Of a stretch of 64,000 nt of DNA, positions 13,505 through 26,309 are shown piece after piece. This stretch comes from Mustelus asterias. Taxonomy: Eukaryota. A model generated the notes under the pieces. The model was not told where the DNA came from. It made no database searches and saw only the letters and a program-made list of their open reading frames with translations. The DNA lies in contig NW_027590155.1 of the NCBI RefSeq assembly GCF_964213995.1, positions 620,001-684,000 of the forward strand, written 5' to 3'. Both the position numbers and the translations under genes were made by a program. Numbering within the stretch: the stretch's first letter is position 1; the number at the start of each line of letters is the position of its first letter.

Positions 13505-13836
13505 GGGGCGGCACGGTAGCACAGTGGTTAGCACTGCTGCTTCACAGCTCCAGGGTCCCAGGTTCGATTCCCGGCTCGGGTCACTGTCTGTGTGGAGTTT
13601 GCACATTCTCCTCGTGTCTGCGTGGGTTTCCTCCGGGTGCTCCGGTTTCCTCCCACATCCAAAGATGTGCAGGTTAGGTTGATTGGCCAGGTTAAAAATT
13701 GCCCCTTAGAATTCTGGGATGCGTAGATTAGTGGGTAAATATGTGGGGGTAGGGCCTGGGTGGGATTGTGGTCGGTGCAGACTCGATGGGCCGAATGGCC
13801 TCCTTCTGCACTGTAGGGTTTCTATGATTCTATGAC
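13505..13836 (+). mobile_element. HE1-like SINE
   Basis: Head ggggcggcacggtagcacagtggttagca...ggttcgattccc; tail gggccgaatggcctccttctgcactgtagg...tctatga shared with CR1 3' ends. Confidence 0.85.
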
Positions 13837-14194
13837 TGCCCATTGCACAGCGGGAACAGGCGGATGCCACGATTCTCTCTGTCTTTCCTCTGGATGACCA
13901 GAGGTGCAGAAAATAATACAACTCAAACATTAGGCTGCAAACGGCAAGAACCATAAGTACAACTGCAGAGTCCAAAAGCAGAAAGAAAGGCACATTCTGG
14001 GCTGTTTCGACGGTTTCAGGACATGGAAATTGATCTGTTCTTCTGTGTGCTGTAGATTTGAACCTAACGGCTCAGCGCTGAAAGAGTTAATCGAAAAGTG
14101 AGCATGCGATGAGCAGGAGCTACTGTAAGTGCTTCAGTGCAAGGGAGCCCCATCAGTAAGACCAGAACCTTGCAGTCATGGAGTATAGTGAGGA

Positions 14195-14950
14195 ATCTCT
14201 CTCACTCTCTCTCTCAAGCACACATACTCTCACACACGCACATACACACACTCAAACAAACACGCACACAGAAAAACGCACACTCAGACATGCACACACA
14301 CTCAGGTAAACGCGCACACATACTCAGACAATCAGAAACAAACACACATACAAACACGCACCCAAACGCTCAGACAAATACACGCACACAAACACACACC
14401 CATAGGCATACACACACACTCAGACAAAAATGCAAACTCTCTTAGACAAAAGCTGACACACACACAATCACAGACGTAGACAAAGACACACAGATTACCT
14501 CAGGCAAAATGACACACACACATATATACACGCACACACACAGATACATACATGCACACAAGCACATGCATAGATACTCACACTGTCAGATAAACACACA
14601 CACAGGCGCACACACACACACACATTGACAAGCAAACATAAACACACACTCTCAGACAACACAAAGATACACACACTCAAACAAGCACATAGAAACACAC
14701 ACACTCTCATAGAGCAGACACAAATGCTCAGACAAACTCAGACACACATACACACACGCTGCCTTTCAGCTAAATACACACACTCAGACACACACAAACA
14801 GAATCTCAGAAATCATACACACGGATACACCCACACAGAGCCCCAGACAGACACACACATGCAGTATCAAAAGAACATGCAGAGAAAGATATACACTGTT
14901 GCTCAGGGAAAACAAAAAAACATACACAGACCCACACACACAGAAACAGA
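14195..14950. repeat. Degenerate (CA)n-rich low-complexity tract
   Basis: Long AC-rich sequence; its ORFs are T/H-rich artefacts. Confidence 0.9.
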
Positions 14951-15294
14951 AAAAATAGAAACCGGAAAAGGCCTTTCGGCCTTTCGAGCCTTCTTCGCCA
15001 CTCATTATGATCATGGATGATCGTCAAATTGAATATCCTGATCGTGCCTTCCCTCCAAATCCCTTGCTCCCTTTTGCCCCAAGAGCTATATCTAATTTCT
15101 TCTTGAAATCCTGCAACGTGTTGGTCATAATCACTTCCTGTGGTAGTGAATTCCACAGATTCACCACTGTCTGGGTGATGAAGTTTCTCTTCACCTCAGT
15201 TCTAAAGGTTTTACCCCTTATCCTCAGACTATGACCCCCTAGTTCTGGACTCCCCAGCCTTCTGGGATAATCTTTCTGAATTTACCCTGTCTAA

Positions 15295-17775
15295 TAAGAA
15301 CATAAGAACATAAGAAATAGGAGCAGGAGTAGGCCATCTAGCCCCTCGAGCCTGCCCCGCCATTCAATAAGATCATGGCTGATCTGACGTGGATCAGTAC
15401 CACTTACCCGCCTGATCCCCATAACCCTTAATTCCCTTACCGCTCAGGAATCCATCCATCCACGCTTTAAATATATTCAGCGAGGTAGCCTCCACCACCT
15501 CAGTGGGCAGAGAATTCCAGAGATTCACCACCCTCTGGGAGAAGAAGTTCCTCCTCAACTCTGTCTTAAACCGACCCCCCTTTATTTTGAGGCTGTGTCC
15601 TCTAGTTTTAACTTCCTTACTAAGTGGAAAGAATCTCTCTGCCTCCACCCTATCCAGCCCCCGCATTATCTTATAAGTCTCCATAAGATCCCCCCTCATC
15701 CTTCTAAACTCCAACGAGTACAAACCCAATCTCCTCAGCCTCTCCTCATAATCCAAACCCCTCATCTCCGGTATCAACCTGGTGAACCTTCTCTGCACTC
15801 CCTCCAATGCCAATATATCCTTCCTCATATAAGGGGACCAATACTGCACACAGTATTCCAGCTGCGGCCTCACCAATGCCCTGTACAGGTGCATCAAGAC
15901 ATCCCTGCTTTTATATTCTATCCCCCTCGCGATATAGGCCAACATCCCATTTGCCTTCTTGATCACCTGTTGTACCTGCAGACTGGGCTTTTGCGTCTCA
16001 TGCACAAGGACCCCCAGGTCCCTTTGCACGGTAGCATGTTTTAATTTGTTTCCATTGAGATAGTAATCCCATTTGTTATTATTTCCTCCAAAGTGTATAA
16101 CCTCGCATTTCTCAACGTTATACTCCATTTGCCATATCCTCGCCCACTCACTCAGCCTGTCCAAATCTCTCTGCAGATCTTCTCCGTCCTCCACACGATT
16201 CACTTTTCCACTTATCTTTGTGTCGTCTGCAAACTTCGTTACCCTACACTCCGTCCCCTCCTCCAGATCATCTATATAAATGGTAAATAGTTGCGGCCCG
16301 AGTACCGATCCCTGCGGCACGCCACTAGTTACCTTCCTCCAACCGGAAAAACACCCATTTATTCCGACTCTTTGCTTCCTGTCGGATAGCCAGTCCCCAA
16401 TCCACTTTAACACACTACCCCCAACTCCGTGTGCCCTAATCTTCTTCAGCAGCCTTTTATGGGGCACCTTATCAAACGCCTTTTGGAAATCCAAAAACAC
16501 CGCATCCACTGGTTCTCCTCCATCAACCGCCCTAGTCACATCTTCATAAAAATCCAACATGTTCGTCAAGCACGACTTTCCCCTCATGAATCCATGCTGT
16601 GTCTGATTGATCGAACCATTTCTATCCAGATGCCCTGCTATCTCCTCTTTAATAATGGATTCCAGCATTTTCCTTACTACAGACGTTAAGCTGACCGGCC
16701 TATAGTTACCCGCCTTTTGTCTCCTTCCTTTTTTAAACAGCGGCGTAACATTAGCCGTTTTCCAATCAACCGGCACTACCCCAGAATGCAACAAGTTTTG
16801 ATAAATAATCACTAACGCATCCACTATTACCTCTGACATTTCTTTCAATACCCTGGGATGCATTCCATCCGGACCCGGGGACTTGTCCACCTTCAGTCCC
16901 ATTAGTCTACCCAGCACTGCCTCTCTGGTAACATTAATTGTATTAAGTATTTCTCCTGCTGCCAACCCTCTATCGTTAATATTTGGCAAACTATTTGTGT
17001 CCTCCACCGTGAAGACCGACACAAAAAACTTATTTAAAGACTCAGCCATATCCTCATTTCCCACTATTAACTCCCCCCTCTCGTCCTCCAAGGGTCCAAC
17101 ATTCACTCTAGCCACTCTATTCCTTTTTATATATTTATAAAAACTTTTACTATCATTTTTTATATTAATTGCTAGCCGAGCTTCATAGTCTATCCTTCCT
17201 TTCTTTATCGCTTTCTTCGTCTCTCTTTTTTGTTCCTTAAATTTTTCCCAATCACTTGTTTCTCCACTATTTTTGGCCACTCTGTACGCAGCTGTTTTTA
17301 TTTTAATACTCTCCTTTATTTCCTTCGTTATCCACGGCTGGTTCTCCCTTTTCTTACAATCCTTGTTTTTTGCTGGAATATATTTTTGCTGAGAACTGAA
17401 AAGGATCTCCTTAAAAACCCTCCACTGTTCCTCAGCTATCCTACCTGCCAGCCTGCTCTCCCAGTCTACCTTAGCCAATTCATCCCTCATCCTATCATAT
17501 TTCCCTCTGTTCAAACAGAGGACACTGGTTTGGGACCAAACTTTCTCCTCTTCCATCTGAATCAGAAATTCGACCATATTGTGGTCACTAGACCCAAGAG
17601 GGTCCTTCACAATAAGATCCTTAATTCTACCTACCTCGTTACACAATACCAGATCCAAAATAGCTCGTTCCCTCGTCGGTTCCGTAACATGCTGTTCAAG
17701 GAAACTATCCCGACAGCATTCTAAGAACTCTTCCTCCATTCCACCCTTACCGACTTGAGTCTGCCAGTCAATGTA
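15295..17775 (-). mobile_element. Young 5'-truncated CR1 LINE with uninterrupted 781-aa ORF2 segment
   Basis: ORF 15394-17739 has full RT motifs and no stops; (TAAGAACA)n tail at ~15295-15315; it lies inside an older CR1. Confidence 0.95.
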
Positions 17776-19120
17776 CTTTTAGAATTTTATCAGTCTCTAT
17801 GAGATTCCCTCTCACTCTTCTAAACTCCAAATAATATAATCCTAACTGACTTCATCTCTCCTCACTCGACAGACCAGGAATCAGTCTGGTAAATCTTCAC
17901 TGCCCTCGCTCTGCAGTAAGGACATCCTTCCTCAGATAAGGACACCAACACTGCACACAATACTCCAGTTGTGGGCTCACCAACGCCCTGTAAAATTGCA
18001 GTAAAATATCCCTATCCTTATACTCAAATCCTGTCGTTATGAAGGCCAACATACCACTTGCCTTCTTTACCGCCTGCTGAACCTGTGGTGCTTTCTTTCA
18101 GCGCCAATACACATGGATGCCAAGCTGTCGCTGAATATTCACCGCTCAATTTATTCAAATAATAATCTGCCGTCCTATTGTTGCCTCCGAAGTGGATGAT
18201 CTCGCATTTGCCCACATTATACTGCATCTTCGATGCATATGTCCATTCACTCTGCCCGTTTAAATCAGGCTGAAGCATCGCTGCATCCTTCTCAGAGCTC
18301 ACCCTCTCACCTAACTTTGCGTCACCTGCAAATTGGAGAAAACACATTTAGTTCCCTCTTTGAAATCAATTATACACAATAAGAACAGTTGGGCTCCTAG
18401 CGTGGATCCCTGCGGTACCCCACTGGTCACTACCAGCCAATTGGAAAAACACTCATTTCTGCCAACTCTTTGCTTCCTATCTGCTAAGCAGCTTTCTATC
18501 CAGCTCAATACACTATCCATGCCACTTTTATGGTCGTACGCTATATGAGACCTTGCCGAAAGCATTTTAAAGTCTAAATAACCCATACCCACCAGTTTTC
18601 CTTGGTCACCTCTACTAGTTACATTCTCACACAATTCCAATAGATTTGCCAAGCATGATTTCCCCTTTGCAAATCCATGTTGACATTTTACCACTGCCTT
18701 CCAAATGCTGAGTTATGAAATCCTTAATAATTGATTCGAGCAATTTCCTAGTTCTAATGTTCGGCTCTTTGCCTTATGGTTCACCCTATTTCTCTCTACC
18801 TCCCTTTTTGAATGGCGGGCGTATATTAGCTACCCTCCAATCTGTGGCGACCAGTTTAGAGTCTAAATATTTTTTCGAAAATGCCCACAAATGGATCAAC
18901 TATTTGTTATGTTTCCCGCCTTCTTACTTTCACACTCTATTTTTTCCCTTCCGAATCAATTCCTGGGTCCTTTTGTGCTGAATTGAAACTGCTCCAAATT
19001 CTCAGGTCGATGGATTTATTTACCAATTTGTATGTTTCTTCTTCCCTTGTACGCGATGGCTTGGCCACAGTTCCCTTACCAGTCTTCCACATCCGCTGTG
19101 CTAATATCTTTCTTCAATAT
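17776..19120 (-). mobile_element. Older degenerate CR1 (its 3' part continues at ~14950-15295)
   Basis: Fragmented RT ORFs with QHGFAKGKSCL and SGVPQGSTLG. Confidence 0.85.
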
Positions 19121-19124
19121 CACA

Positions 19125-19438
19125 TAGGATCCCTACAGTGCAGAAGGAGGCCACTCGGATTATTGAGTCTGCACCGACCACAATCCCAGGCCCTATTTCC
19201 GTAACCCAAATTATTTATCCTGTCAATCCCCTGACACGAGGGTCAATTTCGGATGGCCAATCAAGCTGACCCACACATCTTTGGACTGTGGGAGGAAACC
19301 GAGGCACCCGGAGGAAACCCAAGCAGACACGGGAAGAATGTGCCAACTCCACACAGGCAGTGATCCGAGTTCGGAATTGTACCCGGGACCCTGCCATTGA
19401 GGCAGCAGTGCTAACCACTCTGCCACCGTGCCGCCCCG
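19125..19438 (-). mobile_element. HE1-like SINE
   Basis: Reverse complement of the 13505 copy. Confidence 0.8.
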
Positions 19439-19589
19439 CTTTAAGAAACAATGTACTCCATTTTTTTGCTTTCTGTCTGTCCTTCCTAAACATCGAATGG
19501 CCCTCAATGTTTAGTTCCCATCCTTGCTAACCTTGGAGCCATGTCACCATAATGCCAAGTATATCATACATTTCTTTTTTTCAAATGTT

Positions 19590-21090
19590 CACACACACAC
19601 ACAATGCGAGACCAACACACGCACACACACACACATTCAGAAAAACACACTGAGACAAGCAGACACAAGCAAACTCGCAAACGTACACACACAAACAGAC
19701 AAATGGACGGCACCGTAGCGTAGTGGTTAGCACTGCTGCTTCACAGCTCCAGGGACCTGGGTTCGATTCCCAGCTTGGGTCACTGTCTGTGTGGAGTTTG
19801 CACATTCTCCTTGTATCTGCGTGGGTTTCCTCCGGGTGCTCCGGTTTCCTCCCACAGTCCAAAGATATGCGGGTTAGGTTAATTGGCCATGCTAAAAATT
19901 GCCCCTTAGTATCCTGAGATGCGTAGATTAGAGGGATTAGCGGGTAAAATATGTAGGGATGTGGGGGTAGGGCCTGGGTGGGATTGTGTTCGGTGCAGAC
20001 TCGATGGGCCGAATGGCCTCTTTCTGTACTGAAGGGTTTCTATGATTTCTAGGAAACAGTCACGAGCACACACACACAGAAACACACACACAGGATCTCA
20101 CAAAAATCGATACAGGCAAACTCGCACACACAGGCCCATACACAGATATACTCGCTCAGACAAACACACGCACGCACCCACAGGCACACACATACTTTCT
20201 CTCTCTTTCAGACACACAGACACGCTGTCAGACAAATACATGCACACACACACACAGACACAAACACACACACGCATTTAGAAAAGTACAGAAAACATAC
20301 ACGCAAACACACAGGCAAATGCAGGCACACTTATTTCTGAGACGAACAGACACAGGAAAACTCGCAAACACAGAGAAACGCTCAGAAAAACACAGGCACA
20401 CACACACTCACAGACAAAGATACAATCACAAGAACACACTCAGACAAACACACACAAGCAAACTCTTGCACACAGCCATATACAGAGAAAAATTCAGACA
20501 AAGAAAACATACATTCTCAGACATGCATGCACACACACAGACACACTCGCTGGCAAATATACACACACAGACCCACACACAGCTGTACTATCAAACGAAC
20601 ACACAGGCACACACATACAAATTCACTCTGACGCAAACACACAGATACACACAATCTCTCAGACAAAACACACACACTTAGAGACAAACACATAAGCACT
20701 CAGTCAAACACTCAGGCATACATACAATCACAGAAAAACACGTAGGCACCAACACACACACACAAACACCCAGGCAAACACAGTCACGCACACAGAAACA
20801 CACGCACACAGTCCAACATCGGCACACATATGATCTCAGTCAAGCAACATAGGCAAGGTTGTAAACTCACAGACACGCACTTTCAGCATAATACACACAC
20901 ATACACACACATGAACAGACAATCAAACAGACACAAGCACACGCACACACACACACACGGACTCAGGCAAAAACAGTCACACAATCTCAGAGAAATAGAC
21001 ACAAGCAAAGTCGCACATACGGACACATACTAATAAATACTCAGACAAAAGCAAACATACACACACTCTCAGATAAACACAGAGACAAAC
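19590..21090. repeat. Degenerate (CA)n-rich tract containing an HE1-like SINE (~19705-20050, +)
   Basis: AC-rich sequence; the embedded SINE is nearly identical to the 13505 copy. Confidence 0.85.
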
Positions 21091-21618
21091 CAAAAAAAAT
21101 CAGGATGGCGTCGGACCATAGCGACTTATTGCATGCTGTGCCCCGCATCTCTCTGATGTTATCTTTTACTCTCGGTCTTTGCTTCTAAAACTCTATTCTA
21201 ATTCTTTTGAAATCTATAACAATGTTTTAATTAAATTGATCTTTCTCTACACCCTAGCTATGACTGTAACATTACATTCTGCAATCTCTCATTTCCTTCT
21301 CTATGTGCGTGTAATGCCGTGTTTGTGAAACCTACCTTTCCACTCACGTAATGAAGGAGCAGCGCTCCGAAAGCTCGTGATTCCAAATAAACCTTAACCT
21401 GGCGTTTTGAGCCTTCTTACTGTTCTCTATGTGCGGTATGCTTTGTTTGTATAGCGCGCAAGAAACAATACTTTTCACTGTATACTAATACACATGACAA
21501 TAATAAATCAAATACAACAAAATCAAAAACATATACTCTCAGAAGAACACACAGAGACACACACACACAGACATACACACTATTCCGGACAGTCTCACAA
21601 ACACAGAGACAGAGATCA

Positions 21619-21688
21619 TAAAGTGTTGAGGTCAATTTCAGTTTACTCAACCTGCTGGGTAACGGAAGCAAACTTAAAACCGGTGTGT
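21619..21688 (+). pseudogene. Possible decayed TCR J segment
   Basis: Reads EVNFSLLNLLGNGSKLKT(G) with a phase-1 donor G|GT at 21682/3, 57 nt after a heptamer-like TAAAGTG. It has L instead of F in FGxG and no nonamer. Confidence 0.3.
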
Positions 21689-22499
21689 GGGTTTAATTGT
21701 GTAATGAGCTAATGTATAAATGTATCACCATAGCCCAGGGTGGGGTTGTAGTTGATCATTTATCTGCTGTCTGTACCCCTGAACAAATGTCAAATTGGAG
21801 AGGTTATCAAGTTTGTATTATAATGTAATGATGTGAAACATGTGGGAGAAGAATTGGTGTGATAAAGGGTGGAAAACAAACTGGGGGATGAGACTGAAGC
21901 TGCTGTGCAGACTGAATAGTTCTTGTTGTGTGAATGGAGGGACACATGTAGGGACGGATGGAGGGAGGAAGGGATGGACGGATGGATGGACCGATGGACC
22001 GATCGAGGGAGGGAGCAATGGATGGAGGGATGGATGGGGGTGAATCTGAGAAGCTGAAGATTAAATTTAAGAGGTTCCCAGTGTCACTGAACAACTGACC
22101 TGGGGGTAGCCATTGGGCAGAGACTATGCTTGCTGCTCTTTCCCCTCCTGGCGCCAGGGGTCACTGGGACACTCCCTGCAGCTGCTGCTGCTGCTCCTCA
22201 CAATGTCACATCTTGGCCGTACCCTGGACCAGCTGCAGCTCTTTGGCGGAACATCAGGAGCCAGTGGCGGGGAAGGACTGGCCGTCCTATTTCAGTGACG
22301 TCACCACCAGCCCCGACACCCGCCGTTTATTTTAAGAAAAAGAACGACTGTTCAGGAATGGAGAAAGTGACTGAAATTCTGAACCAGACAGGCCACCGGG
22401 AGGTGATTTATATGTAAATAAAAATACAATTATTAATTTAATATGAAAGATGCCGAAGGCGAAACTGCACATGCGCCGTATGTTCTCTGCGGGAAGATG

Positions 22500-22925
22500 G
22501 ATACAGAACAGGTTTAGCCATAGAAGACAGAGGGTAGCGGTAGAGGGGTGATTTTCTGACTGGAAGGCTGTGACTAGCCATGATCCACAGGGATCAGTTC
22601 CGGAACCTTTGCTGTTCGTAGTATATGTAAATGATTTGGAGGAAAATGTAGCTGGTATAATTGTAAGTTCACAGACGACACAAAAATTTGTGGAGTTGCG
22701 GAGAGTGAAGAGGATTGTCAGAGGATACAGCTACAGCAAAAGATAAACCGGTTGGAGACTGGGGCGGAAAAATGGCAGATGGAGTTTATTCTGGACAAGT
22801 GTGAGATAATGCATTTTGGAAGGTCCAATGCATGTCGGGATTATATCGGAAAGATAGAACCCGTAGGAGTATTGATAAGCAGAGAGATCTCGACGTACAT
22901 ATCCACCGATCACTGATAACATCAA
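22500..22925 (+). mobile_element. CR1 RT fragment, degenerate
   Basis: Homology to the RT core (GVPQGS/FADD region) of neighbouring CR1 copies. Confidence 0.75.
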
Positions 22926-23545
22926 AGGACAGTGGCTGAATGACAGACTCTCCAAGGTTCAAATCCGAAAAAAAGAAATAAGACGGTAGTGGGTTTAAAT
23001 TTGTGATTCAAACCATGCTTGCGAACAGAGAGAAAATGTGCGACATGTTTTGTCCACAATTCCCAGTCTGGTGAGGTGACTGCGAGTAAATGGAAGAACA
23101 CTGAACTGGGATATAATTAATGTCCTTATCGGGGCAAGGTGTCCTTTGGTGTTATTCACATCAGAAGAAAATCCTGATCTAGTTATGGTAAGGCAGAGAT
23201 TCTGGTCCGTAAAAGGTGTCAGGAAACAACAAAGCTCGAAAATTACGCTCGAAATGACAGTGGCATTGTGGGGAAATTCAGTAATATTCGCAAAAAAGCA
23301 TTCACACACACGCTGTGTACCGACTGTGATCAAATGGACCGAGAAACGGAAAGGGGAGATGGGAAAGGGCTGACCAATAATTGATACAGACTAGGAAATA
23401 ACACCAAAGACAAAATGTCAGCTGACGCACCACTAACTCACTTTGTTGAGTGCCTTCGCTCGGAATTATAATACATTTCTGTTACTCTCACGTTTTTCGG
23501 GTGAGCGCGCCCTCTGCTGATCACTAACTGGAACTATCAGTGCGG

Positions 23546-23823
23546 TGCTTTTGTCCGGGATCCGCTCTATCTCTGCACCAGAAACACAATCGGAGAGAAG
23601 CGTCCTGGTGACATTTGAGGAACAGTGTTCCTTTGTACAAAGTAGGCAATATTTTTCCACATCCTCCGAGCTATAAATCCTCATTAAATATCTCGGAGTT
23701 TCGCTGGGATACAGGAACAGAGTAGGGAGAGTCGCTGTCCAGTATTTACAATCCAGCATTATGCTCTGTGCTTGGAGAACCCTTAATTCAGATTGATCAT
23801 TGGACACAGAATCATCACTATTT
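23546..23823 (-). pseudogene. TCR Valpha/delta pseudogene
   Basis: Acceptor tgttgcag; SDDSVSNDQSELRVLQAQSIMLDCKY...LFLYPSETPRYLM aligns with the V at 31950-32260. The WY and YYC motifs and the heptamer are lost; a nonamer-like ACAAAAGCA remains at 23546-23554. Confidence 0.75.
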
Positions 23824-24904
23824 CTGCAACAAAACACAGAATGTATCAAATACCTGGGAGTGAAAATAACACTTGGAACAAATATTCCCCATTTTTTAGT
23901 TCGTATTTGTCTATTTTGCTGCAGCTGTTTCTCTGATTGTATCTTCCTCTAAATCTATTCCTCATTCATTCATTTATATCACCGGTTCTTGCTCTGCTTA
24001 ACTCCAGGTCTCGCCTCCAATTCCAATTATTCAATCCCTCTTGTTTTCTTCCCATATCTCCACCTACATTTCTCCCTTGTCTCTCCCTTACAGGTTTCAA
24101 TAACAGATATCCCGCATAATGGACCATCAGCTGGTGCTCAGGTCCATCGTAATATTTTGATACTTTGAAAAAATTCCAGTAGTCATTTTACATTCCACTC
24201 CATGGAAGTACTCCAGAATGTGATGCATGTTGCTGTTGTTAGGAGTGAGATTAATCAACAACTTGCAGCCAATGCACATAGTACAAATCATGTATATCCA
24301 ACGCCCAACATAGCGACAGACATATCAAACACTCCCGCATTCATATCAAATATTAATTTCCACACCAAATGCCGTTATTAGTCATTTCCTTGGATATAAT
24401 GAAACACAGGAGGAATTGCAACATGAAACCGACAGGAATGTTCTCGGTGCCAATATGAAATAATGGATGTCTATGTGTACATATGATAGGGGAGATCTGA
24501 AATAAAAACAGAAAATTGCTGGAAAGACTCTGTGGAGAGAGAAACTGAGCTAAACATTTGCGACTTTGAAGCTCCGAGTTGGCTGAGCAAAGGAGATAAT
24601 TCTGCCTTTTACTGAAAAGGATATATGAAAATTCTGTCCCAAGGCAACTTATCGAAAACCACACATCGGTGTTGCATTTCTACTTTGTCCTCGGTGACGA
24701 TATGAAAGATATTTACCATGGAAGTAATATATATGATTACGTATTCCATTAAACCTCCATTGACGTCATTCTCCTTTAATATTCTGGATCGAGAGAATGC
24801 AGAAACCAGGAAACGGCAATTAGTGGAATTGCAGCTTCCCGTTTTGATTTTAAGTGAGCAATTTTTGAAGGAGAGTGTTGACCATAAAAAACAACTTTCT
24901 TTTG

Positions 24905-25227
24905 CATGGACAATTATCGGTGGAGTGTCTGCGATCTCTCAATCACAGCAGATATTAACACAAAAGTGTCAATCGATTGAAATCCAATGAAATACAATCA
25001 CCTGATGCCCTGAGAGCATCCGCTTGTTCAACATGGCACAGAACCGTGGCCTGAAATTTGCAATTTCATCTGTTCGCAGAAACACCACAGACTCTTCAAA
25101 CTCTTCATTCACTCAACAAGACCTTTGTCCAGTCCTAATGGAGACAGCACATCGGTATCAGGCGCTGGGGTGTGTTACTGTGTCAGTGAGTCACTGAGAC
25201 ACAAAACCCGAACGTAGCAGATAAACT
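24905..25227 (+). pseudogene. Highly decayed V-segment relic
   Basis: GVSAISQSQQILTQKCQSIEIQ* resembles FR1. SGAGVCYCVSE resembles DxGVYYC and is followed by heptamer-like CACTGAG (25192-25198) and a weak nonamer. Confidence 0.4.
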
Positions 25228-25320
25228 ATCCATTTATATCCCGAGGTGATGAGAAGCTTTTTTTATTGGTCGAGGTTCATCCTAAGCAACTCCGTGACGA
25301 AGGACTCTGTGCTTTCCACT

Positions 25321-25357
25321 CCATCTGACGAAGGAGCAGCGCTCCGAAAGCTTATGG
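25321..25357 (+). ncRNA. Minimal type I hammerhead-ribozyme motif in a Penelope-type fragment (~25315-25453)
   Basis: CCAT-CTGACGA-A-GGAGC-AGC-GCTCC-GAAA-GC-TT-ATGG: stem I CCAT/ATGG, core CUGANGA...GAAA, stem II GGAGC/GCTCC, palindromic AAGCTT stem III. Confidence 0.65.
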
Positions 25358-26309
25358 TATTTGCTGCCAAATAAACCTGTTGGACTTTAACCTGGTGTTG
25401 TGAGACTTCTTACTGTGTTCACCCCAGTCCAACGCCGGCATCTCCTCATCATGTCTACGGGCTGTTCCCAGGGACAAACCGAGACAAGCACCAATTGCTG
25501 TTGGAGAATTTTCAACTCGGTAAAATACACTATTTGCCTTCCCGAAACCAGTTGATCTTCATGTGCAAAGAATTGTCCTCGATCGAGTGTTGCAGACAAC
25601 ACATTCCAGGGCACAGGACTACCGATTGAGGGACGCACTAAACCTTGGGGCAGTTGCTGCAAAGGCGCAATGGGGAAAACTGCGACCTTTCGGCCATTGT
25701 GATCTGAGGGGAGCAGAACTCTATATAAACGCCCCGTGCTGTTGGACTCACATTGAATGAATGCAGTGAATATTACACGTCTCGCAATTCTACTGAAGCA
25801 CCTGAGAGTGTAACTTGTTCAATGTAGACAACCTAAATAACATCTCCCTTCCTGTATTGACGATCTTGAAATATGTATTATGTTCCATTGATTGCACTGA
25901 AGCTCTTCAATGTGCAACATTATCTTTGCAGAAAACTTCAGTATCACTGCACTTTCTGAAATGACCATTTTGCAACGTTCTGTAATGTTTCATTGAATGC
26001 GTTGAAGCGCGTCAGAGTGCAAAATTATCTGTGTCCGAAACCTAAACGTTATTGCACTTTCTGTAAAAACCGTTCTGAAAATCTGTAATGTTCCTTTAAT
26101 TATACACAGAGTGCAACAGCTTCATTGTCGAAACCTTGAATGTTATTGCACTTGCTGTTATGGCCATTTTGAAGTATTTTGTAATGTTCTTTCAGATACT
26201 TTATGAATAAGTTTTCTTTTGGAAAAAAGCACAACGTCCCAGTTTGCGAGTTCACAATCCTCACAGCTGTCACTGCTCCCTTCAGTAAGTTGACTACATT
26301 GTGAACTAC

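Noticed and set aside
14137-21033. Many T/H- or C/V-rich ORFs
   Set aside because: Translations of (CA)n tracts.
23046-23180. Nonamer-like TGTTTTGT with possible FR3-like text on the minus strand
   Set aside because: No YYC, poor heptamer and off spacer length; not distinguishable from chance.
23489-23528. Alternative degenerate RSS for the 23.5-kb V
   Set aside because: The heptamer lacks CAC; the stretch is better explained as a CTCF-like motif, and the nonamer at 23546-23554 fits better.
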